From assembly GCA_964016885.1 (NCBI GenBank), contig OZ024741.1:277822001-277886000 (forward strand): DNA of 64,000 bases, written 5' to 3'. The DNA comes from Eledone cirrhosa (lineage: Eukaryota). The notes below the pieces were generated by a model that saw nothing but the letters and a program-made list of their open reading frames with translations, was not told the origin of the DNA and made no database searches. The position numbers and the translations under genes were made by a program. The number at the start of each line of letters is the position of its first letter. The first letter of the stretch is position 1. Shown here one piece after another: positions 1-12,937 of this stretch.

Positions 1-948
1 ATGTTAAGCTGGTGTTTGGATCATAACAAAATGTTCTTACATAAAATGCTGAGATATTTAAATATAAACACTTCAAAAGAAACAATTTTGTATTGAAGAA
101 CCAGAGCCGGTTTGAGGCAGCTTGGTATCTTGAGTTATACAGGTTTGAAATATAATTTTAACATAGATATATCATCATCACCGTTTAACGTCCACTTTTC
201 CACGCTGGCATGGGTTAGACAAGTTATCCTATTGTTAGCAATGCCAGATCACGTGACCATGTCTTGCTCATACAGAACTTAATTTGGCTTGGTTTCTATA
301 GCTGGATTCCCTTCCTAGCGCCATCTTCATTTACAGTGAGTACTAGGTGCTTTTTGTTGTGATGCCTACACGACCATTTTACAGTATGGACTGGGTGCTT
401 TTTGTCATGACGCCTACACGCCACACTTTACAGAGTGGGCTGGGCGTGTTTTTGCCATGTCGCCATCACGACCACTTTACAGTATAATATAAATATAATA
501 TAAACATAATACAATTGTAACATAAACATGACTAGTATGCAGACTCTTGGCTTCTGTGGGAGCAGCACAAAGAGTAAAGAATCATTAATAAGGTCACAAA
601 CTGTAATGAAAGGACTTTGATGATTAATTGATAAACTGATTAACCAGTGATGACTGGATTAATTACCTGATTAATAATAAAATCCAAAGTGAAAGTCAAC
701 TGGTGCATGTGTTTTTATTGACAGCATGACCCTCCCAACATACAACAACTGCTTCAACACATGATTTCACATCCAGAACATTTGCAAAAACAAATACGAC
801 AATATGAAGTACCACATCCATTATACTATAAAGAAACTGTAAAGTCCTATCTCAGAATATTCTATTTCTTCTTCGTTTTCTTTGGTTTAGTTTAATTGGA
901 AGAATAACTGGCTGTGTCTTGTTTCTTAGCAGAAGTTAGGAATCGACA

Positions 949-1176
949 ATGGATGCAGCGTCTGACTTTGAGAATTTGTCTGAAGAAGAAATCAGGTCTC
1001 TGATCTTGAAAGCGACTCAGTCAGTCGAAAAATGTCCTGATGTTAAAAGGAAGCATTCAACTAGGAAAAGTAAAATTAATTTTGTCGAAGTAATCACTGA
1101 AATATCTCGAAGAGTAGAAGGGATTTGCCAGAAAGATATTCTCATTGACAAGTTATTTGTTCCAAAACCTTCTTAA
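949..1176 (+). CDS. Candidate 75-aa ORF or terminal exon of unknown function
   Basis: Non-repetitive, protein-like ORF (MDAASDFENLSEEEIRSLILKA...) after a pyrimidine-rich acceptor region near 930-939 and followed by U-rich sequence. No family recognised. Confidence 0.35.
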   Translation: MDAASDFENLSEEEIRSLILKATQSVEKCPDVKRKHSTRKSKINFVEVITEISRRVEGICQKDILIDKLFVPKPS

Positions 1177-4100
1177 TATTTTTATTTTTTACCTTTATTT
1201 ATTTATTCACTTTTTGTTATTTTGTTGATTTATTATTAAGTTTGGTGGATGGGCAAGAATCAGTAGAGTGACTGATATCAAGTGCCTTGTTCTGTATTTA
1301 ACTATGCCTTATTTTTATTTTTTACATATTTGACTTTTTAATACAGTCGAGGTGTCGACTTTGTCTTTCATCCTTTCGGGAGGGTTTGAGGGGGACAGGT
1401 TGATTAAATAAGTACCAATTTAGTACTTGGGTCAATATAATTGACTGTCCCCCTTCTTGCCACTCCTCCTGAAATTTGTGGCTCCATTGCCTAATTTACA
1501 AGTTATTATTATTATTTAAATGTTATCATGACTGTTGTTACTGTTATGAAATATATTTAAAACATATGAGACAACAACAAGCATTTTCTGGCCACTTTCT
1601 GAGACAATGTTTTACAGCTGGCTGCCCTTCTTGTTGCAAACATTTTTAGTCATCATTTGATATGGCGTCCCTATTCTAAATCCGATACGCATAAGAGTAC
1701 ATGTATAGTACTGGTGGTGTTGAGACAATCATCTGTCCTCCCCACCACAAAATTTGTTGCTGGTGGATTGGTAGCTTGGGTTAGAGTGTCAGTCAACATG
1801 ATTTGCAGCATACATTTACGTTCCTTTGTATTCTGAGTTCAAATCCTGCTAAGGATAGCTTTGCCTTTCATCTTTACAGGGTCAATAAAACCACTAACGC
1901 ACTGGAGTCAATTTAATCAACTTGCCCCTCCCCAAAATTATTGGCCTGGTAGTTGATTGGCAGAATTGGTAGAGCATTGGATAAAATACTTTGCAATATA
2001 TGTTCTGGCCTTTTTCATTCTGAGTTCAAATCCTGCCATGGTCAACTTTGCCTTCCAGGGTCAATTTATATTGACTTTTCCTTGTCTCCAAAATTGCTGG
2101 CCTTGTACCTAAATTAGAAACAGTTATTATTATTCTAAAATGTTTCATGTCTGTTACTGTTTATGTTATATATTTAGAATATATATGAGAGGAATTAACC
2201 AAAACGGGTTGGAAAAGATTCCAAAGTTGAAAATTCTAAACATCTGTGATATGTTTTTGTTGTTTAAAATGTTATAATTTTTCAAATTGTTAACCTCCTT
2301 TTTATAGCATATGTATATATATTTGTATTCTGTAAAAAATGTGGCTTGGTGATTAGTGTGTTGAGTACATGGTCAGGAGTTTGAATCCCAGATCGGGTGG
2401 TACATTGTGTCCTTGAACAAAACACTTTATTTTGTTGTTCCAGTTTACTTAGCTGATGCTAAGCTGTAACAGCCTTTGTCTTGGAAAGAGGAGGTTTGCC
2501 TGCATAAAGATATTTTGATCTTCCACAAAAACACCCTGCCTAGGCATCTGCCATAGAGAGGAACTTTCCTGCTGCAAACACATGGCCAGTCAAAATAAAC
2601 AGGACCTGTGTTTATATACATATTCTGTATATATTTTTCCTTAGTTCTGGAGCAATATTCTTTTTTATATTTTTGTTTAACCCTTTATACACTAGTCTTT
2701 CTGTGATACAAAGCTATCCTTCTTTAATGTATTATTTAAATTAATATTAAAAACATGAGCTGCATAGTTCATAATATGATCACTAAAGTGCTAAAATGAA
2801 TACAAGTCAAAACACAACCAACACATTCATTTAGCATAGATCTTTTTTGTTTTAACCACCACTCCCACAAACTTTTTTTCTTTCTTTTTCGTTTGGTTTA
2901 AGCATCAGAGATTCGAAATGAGTGAAACTAAATTTTTTTTTTTTTCAATCAGAAACTAATTAGGGTTACGGGGTGTTTATGGCTGCAGTACTTTTTGGTG
3001 TATAAATGTGTTTTGTTTGCATTTGAAGGGTGAATGTATGTATGTAATATATATATATTTAGTAGTTGAAACTTGGTAAAAAAATATCCAAAGTTGACAG
3101 CACTCAGTCCCTAGGACAAGTTGTGATATAAAATTAAATTAATTCACTACAACAATTAGAAATTAATTCAATTGTGTGTGTGTTTGTATGTATGTATATA
3201 TATATATATATATATGTAGTCACCTCAGTTCATTCAGCCTGTCATATGACGGGCTGAATTACCCAACGGAACTTATGTACCACTGTAACTAATTCTACTT
3301 AACTTTCCTAGGGACTGAGTGCTCTAACCCTTGGATATTTATACCAAATTTGTACTACAGTGTATATAAATAAATATATATATGTATAAATAGAGAGAGA
3401 GATGTATTTATGTGTATCATATGTATATATAATAGTACAACTACTGCAAAACTCCAGTCCTAATTAATACCTGATTTAACCCTTTTTATACCAAACAGCC
3501 TGAGATTACCCTCAGTTCTCTAATACAAAACTGCCTGTTTTAAAGTCTTTACATATAAATCTATGCTTTTTATCCTAATTTTATGTAAGAACATTACAAA
3601 ATGTTCCACACAGCAGTTTAACAATGATAAATCAAGTTATTTTACTAAAGCACACGTATTGCCTCTAAAATATAGTCACAAAGGGACTTTTTTTAATTTC
3701 ATTTTTGTAGTTTCTGAATCCCTGATGTTCAAGACATAAAAATCTGAAGACTGTTTAACCCTTTTGATACCAACCCAGCCAAAACGATTCTGGTTCTATG
3801 GTTCTTGGGTAAAAGGGTTTCTGTTTAAATTTAAATCTTCCAACATAATTTTATATAAGAACTATGTTATGAAATAATTGATAATTTTAGTTAATGCCTA
3901 AGCCTAAAAATTCTTCAGTAATTAATTGAAATGGAGTATATATCTTTAAACAGCCAACAAATCAGCAAAGTCATTAGAACCTTTGATAGAATGTTTTGCA
4001 GTATTCATTCTGACTCTGGCTTTAAATTCTGCCACGGTCAACTTTGCTTTTTATCTTTTGGTGGTCAATAAAAATGTACCAGTTTAGTTTTGGGTTTGAA

Positions 4101-5607
4101 TCTTCCTTAATATCTCTTTCTATCTTTCTCTGGAAGAAAGTTGCTATATTCAGACCTGTTGAGGAGATGGACTCCGTCAGGTTTTAAAAATGCCTTAGAA
4201 ATTCTGTATACGGCACTCCTGCTACTCCCTTAGGAGTTACGGTATCATGCATACATATATCATTAAAATGGTGTAACTAAAAATAGGTGTAATGTTAGAG
4301 GAGGGTTAAAATGAATAAGTGCCAAGCAACTGACTGTAGTTAAGTTTAGTCTGTTACTAACCTAGAAGTCCCTGAAAAAGATAATGAGCACTGCTTTTCC
4401 TTTCCTGACTAAACAGTTTTTTAAAAAAAGAACCTGATACTCTTGTTATGATGAGGAAAGAAAAAGCAATGAATAGTTACTTTTTCATAATTTGACAGGA
4501 AGGTAATTTTTGTTAGTTTGTCTTTTCATATTTTCTAGCAAAGGTATTGTCATTAAAAACCATTTCATGTAGATATGGTAGAACCAGGGCATCTACTATT
4601 AAAACACCAAAGAAACCTATGAGATGCAGCCTCGTATGAAGCCAGCTAAATGTACTTAGATGTGAGCTGTAGGAACACTGTGCCTCTTATCATTAAAATA
4701 CCCAAGAAGCGTGAGATGCAACCTTGTATGAGGCCAGCCAAACCTACATGTAACTGTAACTCCCAACATTGAAATACTCAAAAAACCTACGGAATTGCAT
4801 CTCATAGGAGGCCAAATATCATTCGTCTGATCGTTAGGCGATAAACTTGAGACCCTGAAACCCAACTAAAACTACATTAGTGTGAACTGTAAATTTTGTT
4901 TTTTCATTTTATTTCACAATGATAAAATTAGTTATATAATTAGACCCTTGACATTCTTGGTTTTTTTATTTTTTTTATTGAAACAGGCAGTGTATTTCAT
5001 TAGAAACGAGCACAAAAAAGGTTTTAAAGGATGTTTTAGATTTCTTTATTTTTTGAACTAGGTAATCTTTGCTTTTCTCTGATTTTTTTTTTTTTTTTTT
5101 TTCAAATTTTCTCAACACTGTTGTCAACAGCAATAGATAAGAGTTTACATTTGGGAGGTCTTTTTTTTCTACTGAGTTTCCAATGTGTCTCGCAGTGAGG
5201 CTGAACCCAAACCCACATAATTAAAAATCAAATTCCTTATATTCCACACTGCCATGCCAAGGTATTTTTTTCCAGAAAGTTTGAGTTTGTTTCTCTTCCC
5301 TTTTCCTTAGTTTATTCAGCTTGGAGTGTTGAGTTAAACCCTTTGTTACTGTATTTCTAATGAAATATACTGTATTTCAATTAATTACTGAAGAATTTGG
5401 AAGGATTTCCTCAAATTATTATTCTAATCTAAGATAGTATTTGTAGTAACAAAAGTTTTTTTTTATGCTTTCTGAGTTCAAGTCCCACCGGGGTTAACTT
5501 TGCCTTTCATCCTTTCGCGGTCGATAAAAAAAAAAGTACCAGTCTAGTACTGGGGTTTATTCTTTTTCTATATCTCTTTCTCATTTCTTCTTTCTCACTC
5601 TATCTCT

Positions 5608-5656
<49 letters not shown>

Positions 5657-7447
5657 ATATTAATAAATGGAAACTATATTTATAAAACCATATTTATAAA
5701 ACCATATTTATTTTATTATACATATATGTTGAAAGGCTCTAATTTAAATAGGATGGGTGATATGTTTTGTTTCATTGAGCCATCACCAGGTTGATATCAA
5801 AAGGGTTAATTTAAAAACAGTTTTATTTTTATATTTCATATACTAAAACTACTTGGTGGTCAAAGAAATAGGAAATTGAAATTCAGTTTTAAAAAATGAA
5901 GTTTATTTTTCTATTGTTGAATATTTCTTCTCATTTATGTTAATTATATTTTTGATAAAAAACAAACAAATTTAAATGAAATAAATCATTCCATCACAAT
6001 ATTGGAGTTGTCTGTAATTTTCGTTATTTATAATCTCAAACTTTCTGTATTGGAATTTATTAATGAAGAATTTGGATGGGTTTCACCAAAATTATTTCAT
6101 AATTGCGATGGTATTTGTAAGATGACAAAAAGTTCTTGTATAAAATTATATTGGAGGATTTTAATTTAAATTGGAGCCCTTTAAAAAGGGTGGTTTTGTT
6201 CCTTAGAACCATAGGTAGTTTTCAGCAAGTAGGTATCAAAAGGGTTAGATTTCTGTGTTAAAATCCATGAGATCAATGAGTACCAGTAATATACTTAGTT
6301 GATTTAATAATCTATAGTCTCTCACCTATATATTTGTGGTTTGGTGTTGGTGTAGAAATTCCCTATTCTTCAAATCTTATGTGTATCCAGTTTAGATTAG
6401 ATACACCATATCTCTGCATGTCATAAGGGACAACTAGAAGGGCATCCATCCATAAAAGATTGCCTCAAAAAGGCCCACATGAGTATGAAGCCTGTCGTGG
6501 GACCTGAAAAGCTAACTCCTTCTTTAGCTCGGAAAGTGATCTTAAACTGCTTGTATTGTTAGTAGTAAAGGCAGTGGGTTGGTAGAGCATTAGGCAATGT
6601 GCTTTGCAGCATATAGTTACAGCCCTTTATGTTCTGAGTCAAATTCCACCAAGGTTAGCTTTGCCTTTCATCTTTACGGGATCAATCGAGTATAGTACCA
6701 GTATCGTACTGGGGCCAATTTAATTGACTTTTCCCCACCCCCAAAATTGTTGACCTTATGCCTAAATTAGAAACCATTATTAGTATTAAGGGCAGTGGAA
6801 TAGCAGTATCGGTAAAGCATCGGATAATATGCTTTACGTTCCGAGTTCAAATCCCATCACAGTTAGCTTTGCTTTTCATCTTTATGGGGTCAATAAAATA
6901 TAGTACCAGTAAGTTGTAGTCAATTTAATCGACTTTCCTCTTCCTTTCAAGTTGCTGGTCTTGTGCCAAAAGCAGAAACAATTATTAGTATTGGGGGCAG
7001 TGGATTGGCAGTATTTGTAGAATGTTAGACCAAATGCTTTGCCGTATTAAGTTACTATCTTCGATATTCTGAGTTCAAACCCTGCCACGGTCAACTTTGC
7101 TTTTCATCCTTCCAGAATTGATCAAATATAGTAGTTTTGTATCATAGTGCCAAGAGCAGTATGGTATCAAAAGCATTCATTACCTCGCTGAAAATTACCA
7201 CTTGTCTTTCAGATGCCACTATGTTGTAAGCATTTAGATCAGATCTCTGATCTGAGGGTACCTTCCTCCCTCCAGTCTTGGAGGCCCTAACTGGTACATG
7301 TTTAGTTGTATTCTGAATTTTGGGTTACTTCATTTTAAAACCTACTCTTGAAGGGGTATTAGTGATGTTAAGAGAAATTGAAAGTAGATCTGTTGTTATA
7401 GCACCTCTCACAAACCTACAGGGGGATTTGAGACAAGCCTTACAATC

Positions 7448-7697
7448 TTAACCCTTTCATTACCATGTTTCTAATGAAGGATCTACCTATAATTTTGAAA
7501 ATAATCAAGGATTTGGAGAGCTTTAGTAATATAACTAAATCTATCATTAAGCTGGGTTTTGTTGGAGCATAATTTAACAAAGGATCTTACATAAATTTAT
7601 GATGGACAGCTTTTAGATAAAATAGAAACACTTGGAAATAAACAGCTTTATATAGAAACTTGGACAGTGTCAGGTGGTTTGGTACCAAAAGGGTTAA
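7448..7697. mobile_element. Second TTAA-CCCTTT MITE family (representative copy, many others in the window)
   Basis: TTAACCCTTT...AAAGGGTTAA termini with an internal sequence that recurs at about 14935, 25830, 45328 and 47807. Confidence 0.7.
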
Positions 7698-9636
7698 AAA
7701 ATGGTTGTTAATTTCAGACTTGTTACAGCTATCAGTATATGAAAATTGGAATTTACAGTTCACACTCATACAAAGCTACAGCTCATAGGAAGTTTCTCTG
7801 GTATTTTAATGATGGGACCAATCATATGTTACAGTTCATACCTATGTAGTTTAAGCTGACCTACAAGGCATAGGAGGTTTCTCTGGTGTTTTAAATGCCA
7901 CAGTCATTATAATTCGCACCTATATAGGTTTAGCTGGCCTCCTTCAAGGATGCACCTCATAGGTTTGTTACATGTTTTAATGATAGTGGCTCCAGTGTTG
8001 TTACAGCTCACACCTATGCAGATTTAGCTGGCCTTGTACAAAAATTTGCATTTCAGATGTTCTAATGGTAGGGGTCTCAGTCTTACCATGAAAAACATGA
8101 AATGAAATGTCTTGCTCAACACAACACACCATCCAGTCCAGCACTCGAACCCACAACCTTATGATCGTGAGTCCAGCATACTAACCACTAGGCTACTCAT
8201 CGACACTATCACTATATAACTATGGTAGATACTTAGTGTAACATGGACCTGGCTAGTGACAGTTATATGTTACAGCCTTAGATAGTGTAGCATTAGTGAA
8301 TGATGATCCTATCCTATCCTTGGTCATCCAGTGGGAAACCCCCACTGGTTTCACACATAGCTTCCATTCGCCACAGTTGTTCATGATGGTCTTGAGCTCC
8401 TCTGCTGTCTCCATCTCTGTGTCTTCTAGCAGAGTGTCCACATAGGTGATTTTTTTCTCCTTCCTCTACAGGTTCTACCCTCAGTAGTTTGCCAGAGCAT
8501 TAACTTGTTTGATACCACATCATCGTCTCCTATACAGTGACTGCAAATCGCATCGTTCTTTGAACTTTTAAGAAAACGTTTTGATGATCATCATAAAATT
8601 CTACATGTTGCATGGCTTCTCCATGACATCAATCCATACTACATATGGTTAAACTGAACGTTTAACTCATGAGTCTGACAGGGCCATGAAAAATAGCAGG
8701 CCCTGTCACTCACCATCATCATTGTTTTTATGTCCATTTTTTTTCACATTTGCATGGGTTGGACAGGTCCTTCTCAGCACAGCATCTCTCCACCAGCCAT
8801 GTTTCTTCATCATTTCTGTGAGTTTCAGCAATTTGAGGTCAGCTCTCACCACTTCTGCCCAGGTCTTTCTCGGTCCTCCAAGAAATAAAGGTTACCAACA
8901 TAAACAACATAAGACCATCATTTTCAGGGTAAACCATATTCTACCAATTCTGTTATTCCACAGTAATAATGGTTTCTAATTTAAGCACAAAACCAGCCAA
9001 ACAAGAAGTCAGGAGGACTCTTGAGCTGTGTCAAAGACATGACAACTTTTCTAGTACTGTTATCATGATAAAATACAATTGGTAGTGCATGTGATCATAT
9101 GTAAGCAAGTTGTGTGTTGTCGGCCTATCTGAGCACTTAGTATGATGCAGGAACGGAAACAAGATAGAGGCTCCCATCCCATCATGGAGTCAGTACCTTC
9201 ACGTGAGTATGAGCCCGGTCTGTTGACCCATCCAACTCGTTGCCAGCAGGGAAGATGAATGTTAAATGATGTGGTGAACAAATAAGAAGTAGTTGAATAG
9301 GGTGACAACTAGCTGTTAAAACAATTCCAAAAGAGAGTTGAGAGGACTCTTCAGTTATGTCAAGAGCATAACAACCTCTCTGGTGTTGGTGACATAAAAT
9401 GCATCCAGTGCACTCTGTAAAGTGGTTGGTGATAAGAAAAGTCTCCAGCCAAAAAAAGTGTTGCGGGGATTCTTTGACTCTTCAGTTGTGTTAAGGACAC
9501 AACAACCTTTTTTGTGTTTGTATTTCTAGTTTGTAACCACAGAAAACCTCCAATGACACAATGGAACTTGACAATATCATTCATGTGATATATTTTGTTT
9601 GTTTTTCTTTACAGTGTCCTGTTGAGTATTTGATGT

Positions 9637-9714
9637 ATGCTGAAGAGAATCGCATCCAGATTAGTTGTTGCTTTGAAGCCAAGAAAGATGCTGGAAGTAT
9701 TAACAACCAGCGAG
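9637..9714 (+). CDS. PUS1: PUS1 first coding exon (exon starts 9615): MLKRIASRLVVALKPRKMLEVLTTSE
   Basis: Acceptor tttacag at 9614, donor GAG|gtaaga, phase 0 and in frame with the next exon. Second in-frame ATG at 9688. Confidence 0.75.
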
Positions 9715-11009
9715 GTAAGAAAACAACAATATTTTATTTTATGCCAACTCATTTCATTTGAACACTTATCTGTTTTAGATTTTTTAACTACCTTATATAC
9801 TTGATTATAAGCCGACTCCTATTTTATGTCTAAGAAATAGCCCAAATTCCAAACCCCATTTATAAGCCAAGGCAGCTAATCAACAAATTATGTTTAGATG
9901 GTGCAGTTTTGAAATTCTCATGAATGGAGGATATATTTATGAAGTTTTAATGTTTTGATATTTAAAATGTTGTAAGTGTCATTTAGAGTATAGTTTTTGT
10001 CTTACAACTCCATTACGTAATTATTCTTTACCAATTTCTGACTGTTTTGAAGGCCATGTTCATTCAAAGCATCAAAAACAATAGGAGATACTAATTTCAT
10101 GTTAAAAGTGAAATAGTATATTCACCTCTAAATTGAAAATATTTTAGCACCTCATTTATGTAGAATTTTGAAATTGGGGAAAATTGGCAAAAATTGACCC
10201 CGAATATAAGCCACCCCAAGCCCTTCCATTTTACCGTTGATTTTTTTTTTTATTGTCACATATTTCTCTGCTTATATACAAGTAAATATGGTAACTAATC
10301 ACTGAACCAATGGTAGAGCCTGTATATAGTCTCTTGATATGCTTAATAGAAGTAATAATCATGTTTCTCACAAATCGCACCCTACAGTTAAAATAAAGGA
10401 CATACTGGATAATGTAATCCTAGATAGACTATGTCTGAATAAAAGATGTAGAGCTAAGACTTGACTGATTTTTGATCATAGGTGCTTGTCAAGCAACTCC
10501 ATTTTACCCTATCCTCCATATCCCCCTGCCACCATTTCTTCTTCCATCATATTTAGCCACATTTTTCTTGATCTTCCTCTTCATCTACTTCCTTCCACAC
10601 TCGTTTCCATCATTCCTCTTTCATACCCTGTCACTTTCATCCTTCCTCAACACATGACCCAACCATCTCATTTTATTTCTCTTCACAATATTCACTAGCT
10701 CTATTCCTCTTACCCAGTCACTTTCCTTCTTCAATACATGACCCAAACATCTCATTCCATTTCTCTACACAACATTCATCATGAGCTCTATTCCTTTCAC
10801 CCAGTCACTTTCATCCTTCCTCAACACATGACCCAACCATCCCATTCCATTTCTTTTCACATCATTCATTAGTGACTCTATACCCATCACCCTCTGCAAT
10901 CCATTATTTATCTTCCTCTCTCGCATTGATATTCCCCATAATAAATCATGACCCTTTCATTAATCTTTGTTATTTTATTTATTACCAAATATGTTTCTTG
11001 TATGTACAG

Positions 11010-11117
11010 ACTGCTGCTGCTGTGAAACCAGAAACTGATGACAAATCAGCAGTGAAGAGACAACACGATGATAACAACAGTGATGACAGTAACAAAACTC
11101 CTTCAAAGCTTCTTAAA
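11010..11117 (+). CDS. PUS1: PUS1 coding exon 2: TAAAVKPETDDKSAVKRQHDD...SKLLK
   Basis: cag| and |gtaagt boundaries, 108 nt, keeps frame. Confidence 0.8.
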
Positions 11118-11654
11118 GTAAGTATAGTCCAAGGTTAACACCTGCCACCCTGAGTTACCCCACCCCACTCCTCAGAACCACTTCCTTACTCAGTTGGATC
11201 AAGATGAAGATGGCCATCTGCAAGAATGAACCCCCACTAACTTGACTGGCTTTTTCAGCACATCTTTCCTTGTAGTACTAGGAATTCTTTTGTTTGAATC
11301 CTGGGCTAGATTTAAAAAATTATACACACATGCACACATGTATGTGTATGTATATACATATATATATCCCCCCCCCCCCCCACACACACACATATTTGTG
11401 TTTGTGTATATGGCTAACTGAATACACATGCTTTTTCTCAATTTTTTTTTTTCCGTTCTTTCCTCTTACTCTCTATCTTTCTATTTCCTCTTTTATTTCT
11501 CATTCTATCTTTTGATGAAGGACTAGTGTCTGAAACGTTAAGAATCTTTTCTTACTATATCAAGTGTTAAACTGATATATTTCTTCATAGTACTATGTTG
11601 TTTGCTTTGTTGTTTCTGTTTACTTTTTGCATACATATTTCTCTCTATCACCAG

Positions 11655-11749
11655 AAATCTGAGACTAACATTCCTATCCGAACTGATCGGAAGCGTAAAG
11701 TGGCGTTGTTAATGGCGTACTCTGGAGAAGGTTACTATGGCATCCAAGT
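11655..11749 (+). CDS. PUS1: PUS1 coding exon 3: KSETNIPIRTDRKRKVALLMAYSGEGYYGIQ
   Basis: Matches the TruA/Pus1 N-terminal motif KRKxxLLMAYSGxGYxGxQ. AG/GT boundaries. Confidence 0.93.
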
Positions 11750-12050
11750 GTGAGTAGACAGGCTAATAACTCTTTCTTATACATAACAATTTCCATTTCT
11801 TAGAGGGTTCTAAACCCCACTATGAGGTTAAAATTTCTTTAGTCAAAAAATACGGCGAAAGCTTCTATTTCTACTTCTTGTGTTGTTATGACTCAACCAT
11901 CTCATGTTGTTGTTGTTGTTGTGGTTGTGCCGATTGTGATTGTGGAATAAGTGGGCAAAGATAAGATATATTTTGAGATTTATATTATTAATTTTTGTTG
12001 ATTGTTTTCAAATGAAATCTTTACTTTTCTTTCTCCCAAACAACTTTTAG

Positions 12051-12144
12051 TAATTCTGATTTTCCAACAATTGAGAGTGAACTGTTTAAGGCATTAGTTG
12101 CAGTTGGACTGGTACCACAGGATCATGTAGATAACCCTTATAAG
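12051..12144 (+). CDS. PUS1: PUS1 coding exon 4: NSDFPTIESELFKALVAVGLVPQDHVDNPYK
   Basis: TIE..L..AL motif, and the phase matches both flanking exons. Confidence 0.92.
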
Positions 12145-12204
12145 GTAAATGTGTGTTTTTATATATATGTACGTGTATGGCACTCGCTCACTGAAGGGTG
12201 ACGC

Positions 12205-12530
12205 TCTCTCACCACTCAACATCTCCCTGAGCTAAGTCTCACTCTGATCAGGTCACTGCAACATTTCCTTGAGCTGTCTAAGTCTCACTCTGACCAGGTC
12301 ACCGTGTATAGATTCAGGCCATCTCTTACCACTCAGCAGAGACAGGCCTTCTCTTACCACTCAACATTTCCCTGAGCTGTCTAAGTCTCACTCTGATCAG
12401 CTCACTGCAATCAGGGACAGACCCTCTCTTATAGCTCAACATTTCTTTGAGCTAAGTGTTGCTCTGACCAGATCACTGACCAGGCACAGGCACTTTCTTA
12501 CTGCTAAATATCTTCCTGGGTTGTCTCTTA
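12205..12530. repeat. Degenerate tandem repeat
   Basis: Recurring CAACATTTCCCTGAGCT..AAGTCTCACTCTGATCAG.TCACTG. Confidence 0.75.
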
Positions 12531-12868
12531 GTTAATAGTAAATTGGACACAAACTGTGAACAGAGAAGTACACCATTTAAAATCCACATGTGCTTTACCC
12601 ACCCATTTCTCCTCACTTAAACCCGTTTGATAGCAAACTACCTGAAACCACCGTTCCATCATAAATTTGTGAAGAAATGTTTTAAATATCAGCTTACTAG
12701 TGAAAAAATAAGTTATTTTATTTTAAATTCCCCCAAATACTTGATTATTTTCAAAATTAATTACACATAAGTAGTGTATTTCATTAAAAATACAGTAATG
12801 AAAGGGTTAGCTACCCTTATGTTGTTAAACACTAACATCACGTTTTTTTTGTTTGTTTGCTTTCTCAG

Positions 12869-12937
12869 ATGTCATTCCAAAGAGCTGCCCGTACAGACAA
12901 GGGTGTTTCTGCAATGGGACAGGTTGTTTCATTAAAG
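12869..12937 (+). CDS. PUS1: PUS1 coding exon 5 with catalytic motif: MSFQRAARTDKGVSAMGQVVSLK
   Basis: RTDKGVSA motif containing the catalytic Asp of the TruA family. Followed by a non-canonical ATAAGT donor. Confidence 0.95.

Noticed and set aside
6570-7130. tRNA genes suggested by A/B-box-like motifs
   Set aside because: No cloverleaf can be drawn. These are heads of repeated SINE copies.
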